The notes under the pieces: generated by a model | What the model saw: the letters and a program-made list of their open reading frames with translations, nothing else | What the model was told of the DNA's origin: nothing | Databases searched by the model: none | Shown here: positions 1 to 10,799 of the stretch, piece after piece | Layout of the letters: each line of letters opens with the position of its first letter | Position numbering within the stretch: position 1 is the stretch's first letter | NCBI GenBank assembly: GCA_965603825.1 | Contig: CBFDEM010000038.1 | Coordinates: 1 to 64,000, forward strand | From: Blepharisma stoltei ATCC 30299 | Taxonomy: Eukaryota; Protista; Ciliophora | DNA: 64,000 nt | Direction of reading: 5' to 3' | Program-made: the position numbers and the translations under genes

Positions 1-2617
1 ACACAGTGCGAGTATAACACCCATAACACCCTAACACCCTAACACCCTACCCCCTAACACCCACACACCCAACTCACCCTAACACCCTAACACCCTAACA
101 CCCTAACACCCTCACACCCTACCCCCTACCCACCCCTAACACCCTACCACCCTAACACCCTATACACCCTAACACCCTACACCCTCACACCCTAACACCC
201 TAACACCCTAACACCCTACACCCTAACACCCTAACACCCTAACACCCTAACACCCAAACACCCTAACACCCTACACCCTACCACCCTACCACCCTACCAA
301 CACCCTAACACCCTAACACCCTAACACCCTAACACCCTAACACCCTAACCACCCCTAACACCCTAACACCCAAACACCCTAACACCCTAACACCCTAACA
401 CCCTAACCACCCTAACACCCTAACACCCTAACACCCTAACACCCTAACACCCTAACACCCTAACACCCTAACACCCTAACACCCTAACACCCTAACACCC
501 TAACCCCTAACACCCTAACACCCTAACACCCTAACACCCTAACACCCTAACACCCTAACACCCCTAACACCCTAACACCTACACCTAACACCCTAACACC
601 CTAACACCCTAACACCCTAACACCCTAACACCCTAACACCCTAACACCCTAACACCCTAACACCCTAACACCCTAACACCCTAACACCCTAACACCCTAA
701 CACCCTAACACCCTAACACCCTAACACCCTAACACCTACACCCTAACACCCTAACACCCTAACACCCTAACACCCTAACACCTACCCAACACCCTAACAC
801 CCTAACACCCTAACACCCTAACACCCTAACACCCTAACACCCTAACACCCTAACACCCTAACACCCTAACACCCTAACACCTAACACCCTAACACCCAAC
901 ACCCTACCCTAACACCCTAACACCCTAACACCCTAACACCCTAACACCCTAACCACACCTAACACCCTAACACCCTAACCCCTAACACCCTAACACCCTA
1001 ACACCCTAACACCCTAACACCCTAACACCCTAACACCCTAACACCCTAACACCCTAACACCCTAACACCCTAACACCCTAACACCCTAACACCCTAACAC
1101 CCTAACACCCTAACACCCTAACACCCTAACACCCTAACACCCTAACACCCTAACACCCTAACACCCTAACACCCTAACACCCTAACACCCTAACACCCTA
1201 ACACCCTAACACCCTAACACCCTAACACCCTAACACCCTAACCCACCCTAACACCCTAACACCCTAACACCCTAACACCCTACACCCTAACACCCTAACA
1301 CCCTAACACCCTAACACCCTAACACCCTAACACCCTAACACCCTAACACCCTAACACCCTAACACCCTAACACCCTAACACCCTAACACCCTAACACCCT
1401 AACACCCTAACACCCTAACACCCTAACACCCTAACACCCTAACACCCAAACACCCTAACACCCTAACACCTAACACCCTAACACCCTAACACCCTAACAC
1501 CCTAACACCCTAACACCCTAACACCCTAACACCCTAAACACCCTAACACCCTAACACCCTAACACCCTAACACCCTAACACCCTAACACCCTAACACCCT
1601 AACACCCTAACACCCTAACACCCTAACACCCTAACAACCCTAACACCCTAACACCCTAACACCCTAACACCCTAACACCCTAACACCCTAACACCCTAAC
1701 ACCCTAACACCCTAACACCCTAACACCCTAACACCCTAACACCCTAACACCCTAACACCCTAACACCCTAACACCCTAACACCCTAACACCCTAACACCC
1801 TAACACCCTAACACCCTAACACCCTAACACCCTAACACCCTAACACCCTAACACCCTAACACCCTAACACCCTAACACCCTAACACCCTAACACCCTAAC
1901 ACCCTAACACCCTAACACCCTAACACCCTAACACCCTAACAACCCTAACACCCTAACACCCTAACCCTAACACCCTAACACCCTAACACCCTAACACCCT
2001 AACACCCTAACACCCTAACACCCTAACACCCTAACACCCTAACACCCTAACACCCTAACACCCTAACACCCTAACACCCTAACACCCTAACACCCTAACA
2101 CCCTAACACCCTAACACCCTAACACCCTAACACCCTAACACCCTAACACCCTAACACCTAACACCCTAACACCCTAACACCCTAACACCCTAACACCCTA
2201 ACACCCTAACACCCTAACACCCTAACACCCTAACACCCTAACACCCTAACACCCTAACACCCTAACACCCTAACACCCTAACACCCTAACACCCTAACAC
2301 CCTAACACCCTAACACCCTAACACCCTAACACCCTAACACCCTAACACCCTAACACCCTAACACCCTAACACCCTAACACCCTAACACCCTAACACCCTA
2401 ACACCCTAACACCCTAACACCCTAACACCCTAACACCCTAACACCCTAACACCCTAACACCCTAACACCCTAACACCCTAACACCCTAACACCCTAACAC
2501 CCTAACACCCTAACACCCTAACACCCTAACACCCTAACACCCTAACACCCTAACACCCTAACACCCTAACACCCTAACACCCTAACACCCTAACACCCTA
2601 ACCACACCCTAACACCC
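1..2617 (+). repeat. Telomeric tract (CCCTAACA)n, C-rich strand at the 5' end
   Basis: About 2.6 kb of tandem 8-mers ending at ...aacaccc|gttaag. CCCTAACA is the telomere unit known from the heterotrichs Stentor and Blepharisma. Confidence 0.98.
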
Positions 2618-2897
2618 GTTAAGTGTTCCTTTTCAGTTGTAAAAAGAGTGATTTTTTAATATAAGGTTAGTCAGCCTTGGAGATTGATAAATTCGTCCAT
2701 AAGTAATTGCATTTTGATTTCTATAAACTTTAATAATGGAACTAGACTTCAATCAATATTTATATGCTAAACCTTGCGCATGAGTATTTATTTTTCTAAT
2801 TCACAAAGGTGGTATCCTATTAATTTAAGCTAAAATATTCTTTATTTTAGAAATAAAAGAAAATTTGCATTATCCGAACAATTTAATAATGAATTTT

Positions 2898-4645
2898 TTA
2901 AGTCCTTGCTTTATTTAATAAATAAAAAAATAAATAGCTATTTCCTGCATCGTAGTTTTTATCACTTACTGATGAGTCGTTATACAATCTCCAAACATTC
3001 CCATCTTTAGTATAAGCTGTATAATGCCCATTATTTCCAGAGTCATAGTAGCATATAACACGATAGAGACTGAATTCATAATCTTCTACCTTCAATTTTT
3101 CCTCAATTTTGGCATTAGAAAAATTTGTATTACCTGCTAGATAAAAAATTAGCATGTCAGAGCACAAACTTTCTTAATCGTAATACTCATATGCCTCGGT
3201 GAATCACAAAATTAACAGTAAAGCATATTATCTCCTCTAAAGTGCTGGACCTTTGCTTTTAACTCTTTAAATGCGTGCTGATTTGAATTTTTTTATTATT
3301 TAGAATCGTAAAAAAGCTTTGATTTTCTTGATTTTGCATGGACTTTCTACACTTAATGCATAGAAATTCTTGAATCAGGGTGGTATTTGGCAAACTAACA
3401 CTGGAAAGCTCTTCTAATTTTGATAATAGGCAGATAAAAACTCTTTTAAATTTTGCTGGCCTAATGAATCAAGCTATATAGAGATTACGATAATTATTCT
3501 TGATTAACTTGATCTTTAAAACTCCTTAAAGCTTGCTCGATATTTCCTCCTTTTTCTCTCATAATATTAAAAACTCTGTATAAAAGAGTGACTGTTTATG
3601 CTCCTCACGAAGTTTACAAACCTATCACTGCTTGCTAAGGCTTGCAAAACACTATTAAAAAATTAGGTATTAATAAGATTTGGGAAACCTAACTTTCTTT
3701 GGTTAAAAATTGTGAAAGAACCATAGGGGCTGAAAGAGTCTTTTGGCAGCTTTGGAGATTCTTCTGACAGTTTTGGAAATTCTTCTGAAAGCTTTGGAGG
3801 TTTTTCTTGTTTTTTTAGTTTCTTCTTGAACATTTTTTATTTTCTGAATTATTTCATCTTTTTCTTTTTCTTCAAGGATTGATGCCATTTCTTTGTATTT
3901 ATCTTCGTTCCTTCCTGCTTTTTCTTTTTCTTTAATGAACTCTTCATTTTTCTCTTGGAGCTTTTCATTGATTTCTTATTTCTCTTCTTGCAAAACTTTA
4001 TTTTTTCCTTTTCTTTTTTAATCAATTCCTTGTGAGCCTGTATTTCTTTTCTTTGGCTGCGACTCTTTCCATATCATTGGCTTTTTGCAGGAGAATAATT
4101 TAAAGAGATTTTCTTTAGTGTACACTTATTTATATTTTTCGAGGATCCTTAAAATACCCTTCGTCTTCTTTAATTGTCTTAATCATTTTTTCTTGTCTTG
4201 AATTTTCTAGATGAATTTCGACTTCATTTTCCAAGTCGGCTTTTATAATATTGAGGCCTTCCTCTGAACTTTTAGATAAGTCAACTTGAACTCTTTGTTC
4301 TCAATCAATTTTGATTCAAAATCTTTAGAGATCAGAGACATCCATTTGCCATTTCCGTAGAAATAAGCCTCTTTTGAGAAATCTGAAAAGATTGAGATAT
4401 GCAAGTAATACCCCCACTGTAGGCATTACTTTAGATGGAAATAAGACTTCATTTCTGCAATTACAAAGTATTTTTGCAAAACTCCCCTAGCCTCTCACTG
4501 TTTATGCTGCTGAAAACCAAATTTCTGACTCTTTTAATTTCTCTTCCAAAATTTCATTGTTTTTGTAAAACATTAGGGTGTTAATCAAAGAAAGCGCTGC
4601 CTCAATATTTTAATCAGACTCCATGAAAATCAACTTTTCAGCCAT
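2898..4645 (-). pseudogene. Ubiquitin-specific protease (USP, peptidase C19) pseudogene with K/E-rich N-terminal region
   Basis: Cys box reads LGFPNLINT*FFNSVLQAL near 3640-3695, with TAA at the catalytic Cys position. His box YRVICYYDSGNNGHYTAY...WRLYNDSSV lies in 2898-3167. Several stops and frameshifts. Confidence 0.85.
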
Positions 4646-4688
4646 TTTTTATAATAGGATGTTTCCATAAATGTTTTATTTATTGACA

Positions 4689-5130
4689 TTATTTGCAAAA
4701 TTAGCTGTATATTGTCTTGCAATTCTTTCATAAGTTAATCTATCAGCTCTAATAACAGTGGATACGTCGTTACATCAGAGTAGGGCTCTCTTAGGAAAAC
4801 GCATATAGAATTCAAGATACAGCTTATTGATATATTTGGCATCCAAGTAAGGCTGAGAACTTGTATGCATGCTTTCCCATCGGAGTCCACATTTGGGTGG
4901 AAAATTCTTGTTTTAAAAAAATTCGGGAGGAGAAGCTGGGAAATTGGAAGGGAAAATTAGCTCGAAGCGAAATTTTCCACCTTCAAAAGGAGTTCCTGGA
5001 GGGCCGAAAACAGTCCATTCCAATGGAAAAACTCTTGTCCTATGTTAACTTCGATTCCTTGTATAGGAGTTTGTTTGAGCTTATTGAACTCTTCGATTAT
5101 CTTGATCATTTTATTATGGATATTTGCTTT
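4689..5130 (-). pseudogene. Ubiquitin-conjugating enzyme (E2/UBC) domain, frameshifted
   Basis: Across frameshifts it reads IIEEFNKLKQTPIQGIEV...HWNG / GPPGTPFEGGKFRFELIFPSNFPASPP...KTRIFHPNVDSDGKACIQVLSLTWMPNISISCIL / YERIARQYTANFAN*. The HPN motif and catalytic Cys are present. Confidence 0.88.
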
Positions 5131-5300
5131 TATGCATTCTACAATTAATTGTAGAAGGGTATTTAAATAGTAAGTATTCCCAACATTAGGAAATCCACGT
5201 TTATGAGATCTCATGCTGTCTGGCAGGGATGGTTGAATGGGAAATGCTAGCTTTTCAGGAACAATACTTAGAGTTAGTTTATAGGGCCTTGGAGATTCTA
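5131..5300 (-). pseudogene. USP Cys-box fragment joined in frame to the UBC domain
   Basis: RGFPNVGNTYYLNTLLQL matches the USP Cys box GxxNxGNTCYxNSxLQ, with Tyr in place of the catalytic Cys. Confidence 0.7.
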
Positions 5301-5599
5301 AAAGGATCTTATAATCTTACTAAGTAAAAGAAGCAAAAACACTCAAAAAGGGCCACAAAAATTAGCTCGAGTTGCTACAGCTCCTAAAAAGGCTCAACAA
5401 AACCAAAAATAGACAAAGAGAGTCTAAGCCTAAATAGAAATGAAATGCATCTAAGTAATTTAAATACTTTTCGCACAGATAGAGAAGAAACGAAAGAAAT
5501 TTATGAATTCGCTTATAATATCGCTAAAAGTAAAAGCCCAAATAATAGCAAAAGTCTGCATTTAACTTATTTTTAATACAACTAGAAAAGAGTCTGATA

Positions 5600-6040
5600 T
5601 GCAGAAGCCATGAGACAATTATAAAGAATGAAAATAGGTCGATTTTTATGGTGGATGCAAGTAAAACAAGAAGTATACAGAGTTATGTAGATGAATTAAA
5701 GAATTCTGAGTGCTTTAAAGGGGCAAATGCGCTTTACTCTGACAGATGTGGATGCTTGAGGGATATGATAATTGAAACAAAGCACATTGAGACCTCTGCT
5801 ACTTTAGTTTTTTATTTATTTCCATCAGTGTATTTTATTCCAGACTGTCAAATATACATAGAAAATAACGATTATATGCTTTATGGAGTCATCTGTCATA
5901 AATCTTCTGGGTGCTATTCTGCTTTTACTTATTGTGAATCTGGAAGTTCCTGAGTTGAGTATAGTTGGTCAAAGGTGGCACCTGTTGGTCTGCCTGATTT
6001 TAGATATGTTTGCATTCTTTTCTATAAAAATAAAATTTAA
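5600..6040 (+). pseudogene. USP C-terminal (fingers/His-box) fragment
   Basis: FKGANALYSDRCGCLRD...YMLYGVICHKSSGCYSAF resembles the USP finger and His-box region. No N-terminal half on this strand. Confidence 0.65.
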
Positions 6041-6229
6041 TTGGCCACTTTTAAACAAAATCTTAAATATTTTATTAAGGGTATTACTTCTGCAAATATA
6101 TTAATTCAAGATCCTAAATTTTGTAATTTAAAAATTTAGACCATAAGTGCCACCTTTATAAGTGAGATTAATGCTTGTATATACCCAAATACCTTTAAAT
6201 TTGCATACCCTCACACTTTTAGCAGACCC

Positions 6230-7085
6230 TAATATAATAACATCATAATCTTTATAGCAGAAAGCCATGGTTTTCAAAATTTGGTACTTCTAAAGGATAA
6301 AAAAAAGAGTCTTCTCAGCTCGAGCTTGGATCAATTTTTTCAGTTTTCATTGAATGGACATTTGCAAAATTTTTGCTAAATTGATAAGAAGCTGGCAGCA
6401 CATCAGGCGACTTATCAAAATCATTCCTAGCAACTTGGCTTCTTCTATTAGCTCTAACCTTGAATCAAATGCCAATCTTGAAGAATCAGTCTGATAAGAC
6501 CTTGATTTCTGCATCAAAGAGGACCTATTTTTAAAAGACCCAAAGTTTTCTGTTCTTCCAGGAAGGTTTTTTATCCCATACCTTCTAAATTGTTCAATCC
6601 CAGCCACTTTCTTTTAAACAATTTATTTGGGTCATTTTTTTTAACAGTTTTTGAAATTTTCTATTTTCTATAGTCAGATTTTCTTATAATAGAATTATAG
6701 TCCACAATATAAACATATCGTTTACAGTCTCTAGCAGTGTGCCCCATTTCTGAACAAAGATAACACCTAACACCGAGCGCACTTAAATCTTGTTCACATT
6801 GCTTTACTAATAACTTAGTGACCTCTTCTTCATTATATCTTACTATAATAAGATCATTGAATTTTGAATGTTTCAGCTCAAAAAGCTCAGTATAGCCTGT
6901 AGAGCTTATAGAAGCACATCTTTTTTGGCCTAGAAAAAAACCAATTTCTCCGAAATATTTACCTTTAAAAAGTTCTCTGAAAGTGGTCAAAGTTTTATAG
7001 TCGTAAATTTCTACCAACCCCTTGAAAATCCAAACATACTCCTTTCCAGTTGGTCTTCTTTTACAATTCTATCGTGAGGCCCACC
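6230..7085 (-). pseudogene. Cyclic-nucleotide-binding domain plus CCHC zinc knuckle; C-terminal fragment of a ciliate CNBD cation channel
   Basis: GKYFGEIGFFLGQKRCASISSTGYTELFEL (CNBD), followed by CYLCSEMGHTARDC. No transmembrane part is visible, and the frame is broken. Confidence 0.75.
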
Positions 7086-7099
7086 CAAACACCTGTAAA

Positions 7100-8480
7100 T
7101 CTAAAAATGGACCATATCTCTATAGTATTAAAAGACAAAGCTGAAAGCTCAGATATGAAGATTGGATATAAAAACTTTTGAGATTAACCGATAATTTCTT
7201 TGAACCTGTGAGCCACTTAGCAGAAGAGTATGCATAAATGAAATAAAGAACTTTGTTGCTATGGCAACGACAACCCTCGAACAGGATTTCATACATTATT
7301 GATCTAAAAACAATTACAGTAAAAAGAAGAGTTTTTGATGGAATTCCATGCTGTAATACAGTAGGCCTTTACTTCCAAAATTCAGTTTTCTTCCTGAGAG
7401 CAGCTTATGGGAAATACCCATGTACTCGCATGGATAAGTATGATTTAATTGAAGATAGATGGAAAAGTTGCTTAGTTTTCTGCAATGCAATGTTTAAATT
7501 ATGCTCCTGTACTGTCTTCAAAACTCTATCTTATTTCGTGCATTAAATTAAAAACTATTTATTAATTTGACATAAGTGTTAATAGCTGCTCCGAAATATT
7601 ACTTATCGAGGATTCAGTTAACCAATTTAAAATTTTATTTATTGTTTATTTAAGACTTATATAGCTGTAAAACAAATTGGCAAAATGTAGGGAAGCTTGA
7701 TTGTGATTCTGATCTGAATTATTGCCCATTTAAAAAATTTTTAAGGACTTTTACGTTCTGAGTTTTTCGATTATTTCAGCTTGAGTTGCAATAGGTTTGA
7801 CCTAATGAAAATTTTCTAAAACTCACTGATTTTTTCCAAATTTGGTTAAATTTTATCCAGGACTACTACAAGTGCCATATGAGGACTTCACAGTTATAGT
7901 AGAAAAGCTGACAAAGCTTGAAATTTATTCTGCTCAATCACGAAAAACGCAATTGAAAAGTTTTATCGAACAGCGGAAAGCCATTCAATATGCTAAAAAA
8001 TCTGCATTAAAGGTTCTATTTCTAGGACAAACTTTTTACTAAAATAAAACTCTGAAAATTCCAAAAATCACATTTATATGAGATGATATTTCAGCATTTT
8101 ACAAAGTTTGAAATCCAAAGATGACTTAATAAACTTAGAAAACCTGGCTAAATCTTGGAGGAGATCCGAATTATTAGCGATGTCTTGTTGATGATCCATC
8201 TTTTCAGCTAGCTCATCACGATTATATTAATACTTATCGCCTAAAAGCAACTCTTTATAATATTAAACAAGATAGCGATAGAATTAATTTTAATATCTAT
8301 GATATAGAAAATAAAAGTGAATAAATCAAGGAGGGAGACGTTCCTGAGCCTCTAGGCTATGAAACATGCATTTCTCAATTACCAAATGATAATTTATTTC
8401 CTATAGCTCTAATTCTGGGATTTTGTTGATAATGATGAGAATTATAGAGTTCTGCAGCTGCCATTGCCATTTCTCTTCAG
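7100..8480 (+). pseudogene. Two degraded fragments of the Kelch-like propeller family
   Basis: YFQNSVF...MDKYDLIEDRWKS (7253-7546). 8190-8460 aligns by eye to the linker and first blade of 9950-10220 (cctgagcctcta...tgcatttctcaattaccaaatg). Confidence 0.65.
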
Positions 8481-8669
8481 CTAAAAAGGGAAAGAGAATA
8501 TTGTTGACATTTATGATGGCAGTCACATTAGACGTCACTAGTTTAACTTGAAATAAAAATCATTAACCGCACTATCTTATTTAGTGGCTTAATAGATATC
8601 ATTTAATGCTCTTGTGTATTAACTATATAGCAGATTTTAGATAAAATTTAGCTAGCATTATAAAAATTA

Positions 8670-10763
8670 ATGGAGCTTATGCAATGTTTCGAGCAAGGGT
8701 GCAAGAACGAGGTTGAATACTCATGCCCATGCACATCTCCTGAAACTCTATCCTGCGTACAGCATATTGGGGAGCACATGAAACTTCCTAATAGAACTCA
8801 TGTTCCCAACTTCATTTTTGTAGAGCCATGCAAAGGGACAAAAGAAGAAATTCTTAAGTTTCTCACAAGAAAAAAATTAAAAAATAGCAAGCTGAAGGGA
8901 AAGATGCTAGCATCCTTTAGCAAGCGTTTGCTAGAATCAGAGGACGATATTGAAGAACTCTTAAAAAATTTGGATTCATATTCAGCTGAAATAAGTGATT
9001 ATTTGACAAAAATTTCTCAAGCTCAAAAATTATCAAAATCAGAGCAAGACCCGATTTTAGGATTATTGAATTTGCAACCTGATGAAGCTATTGAGAAATT
9101 AAAAAAAATTATTCCGACCAATCAAGAATGGTCCAAAAGTGCAAAGCTATTTTGTGCTCTCGGTGAAAAAATTGAAAAAACGATTGAGTGTATTATTGAA
9201 GACAAATTTGAAGCTTATTTAGATAAAAGACTGTCTAATGTAGAAAACACTCTTCAAGAGCACAGCAAAATTATTAAATCAGTCAATGAAGAGCATAAAA
9301 AGAGCATTGATTCAACGAACGATCAGATAGCAAACATCAAAGAATCTATTTCTAAACTAATAAATGAGAATGAAAAGAGCAAGAGAGACTTAAAAGACTG
9401 GAAAGAAGAAATAATGCTTAACACAAAAAATGAAATAGACCTGTCTAATTCTCAAATTATTAAAATAAATCAAGATAATGAAAAGAGCAAGAGAGACTTA
9501 AAAGACTGGAAAGAAGAAATAATGCTTAACACAAAAAATGAAATAGACCTGTCTAATTCTCAAATTATTAAAATAAATCAAGATAATGAAAAGAGCAAGA
9601 GAGACTTAAAAGACTGGAAAGAAGAAATAATGCTTAACACAAAAAATGAAATAGACCTGTTTAATTCTCAAATTATTAAAATAAATCAAGATAATGAAAA
9701 GAGCAAGAAAGACTTAAAAGACTGAAAAGAAGAAATAATACTTAACACAAAAAATGAAACAGACCTGCTTAATTCTCAAATTATTAAAATAAATCAAGAT
9801 CTCAGCAAAAGTTAATGAATTTCTAAAGTCTCAAAGCATTCAAGAGCTAAGAGAGAAGAGCTCTGAAATTTTAAATAGACCAAATGACCCAGAATTAGAG
9901 CAAGACTTTAGGAGAACCTGCTCAAAGTTCAGTAGCGATGTCTGTGTTGATCAGCAAGCTTATCAAGATTATACTAATGCTTATCGCCAAAAAACATCTC
10001 TTTATACAATTATAAAGAAAGACAACAGAACTAATTTGTTTATTTATGATACAGAGAATGATAGTAAAGAAGTAAGGATATTAGAGACTCCTGAACCACT
10101 GGATTGAAGCACTTGCATTGCTCAGCTTCCTAATGGTAATTTATTTTGCTTTGGCAATAACCAACCTTCTGGAGTTTCATTGATAATTGATGAGAATTAT
10201 AGAGTCCGGCAGCTGCCATCTGGAACTCCTTGTAGTGTTCATCAGCTATCTATTTCAATAATAGTCTTTATTGCTTTGGAGGATCAAAAGATTATAATAT
10301 TTTAACTCTATCAGAGAGATTTGATTTAAATGAAAACCGATGAATTAAATTAAAGCCACTGCCACAAGCTGATTACCTTTGCACTAGTGTAATATTTAAC
10401 GGGAATATTGTGATTTCTGGAAGGAATAATAAAAATCTTTTGAGGTATTCAATTGGTAGCAACACTTTCGCAACAATTCCTTATGATTTTCAAGCTAATA
10501 AATACAAGATTCTTATAAGTGCAGAGAGACTGTATTTAATTGAATGTGAAAATGGATCAATCTATGAAAGCGAATTGTCAAATGATACTGCCTGGAGACG
10601 AATTGGAGACTCAATAATAGATTATTTTTATCAAGTTTATTTGTCATATAATAAAGGAGGAATAAACATTGCAAACTATTATGATGTTAGTTATCCTATT
10701 CGTTACTTCAAGTTTAATTTAGAGACGAAAAGATTAACTAAGTTGGATGAAATAAGATTATAA
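8670..10763 (+). pseudogene. Zn-finger (B-box-like) - coiled coil - 36-aa repeats - Kelch-like propeller gene, two frameshifts
   Basis: N-terminus CFEQGC...YSCPC...LSCVQHIGEH, then coiled coil, then blades with YCFGG and RFDLNENRW (W = TGA). Frameshifts at ~9810 (+1) and ~10236 (-1) relative to paralogs. Confidence 0.85.
9369..9800 (+). repeat. Coding tandem repeat, 4 x 108 bp (36 aa, NEKSKRDLKDWKEEIMLNTKNEIDLSNSQIIKINQD)
   Basis: Units start at 9369, 9477, 9585 and 9693 and are near-identical. Unit 4 has TGA where units 1-3 have TGG. Confidence 0.95.
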
Positions 10764-10799
10764 TAAATAGGTCTCATTTAATAATCTTTTGCTATTAAC

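Noticed and set aside
1-1000. Variant telomere units (CCCTACA, CCCAAACA, CCTAACA) concentrated distally
   Set aside because: They are mostly single-base indels that increase toward the contig tip, as expected from low-coverage long-read error. They cannot be called telomerase variants.
4954-5370. 13-bp direct repeat AAAATTAGCTCGA at ~4954 and ~5358
   Set aside because: It does not coincide with the fragment boundaries, and one copy lies inside UBC coding sequence. Probably chance.
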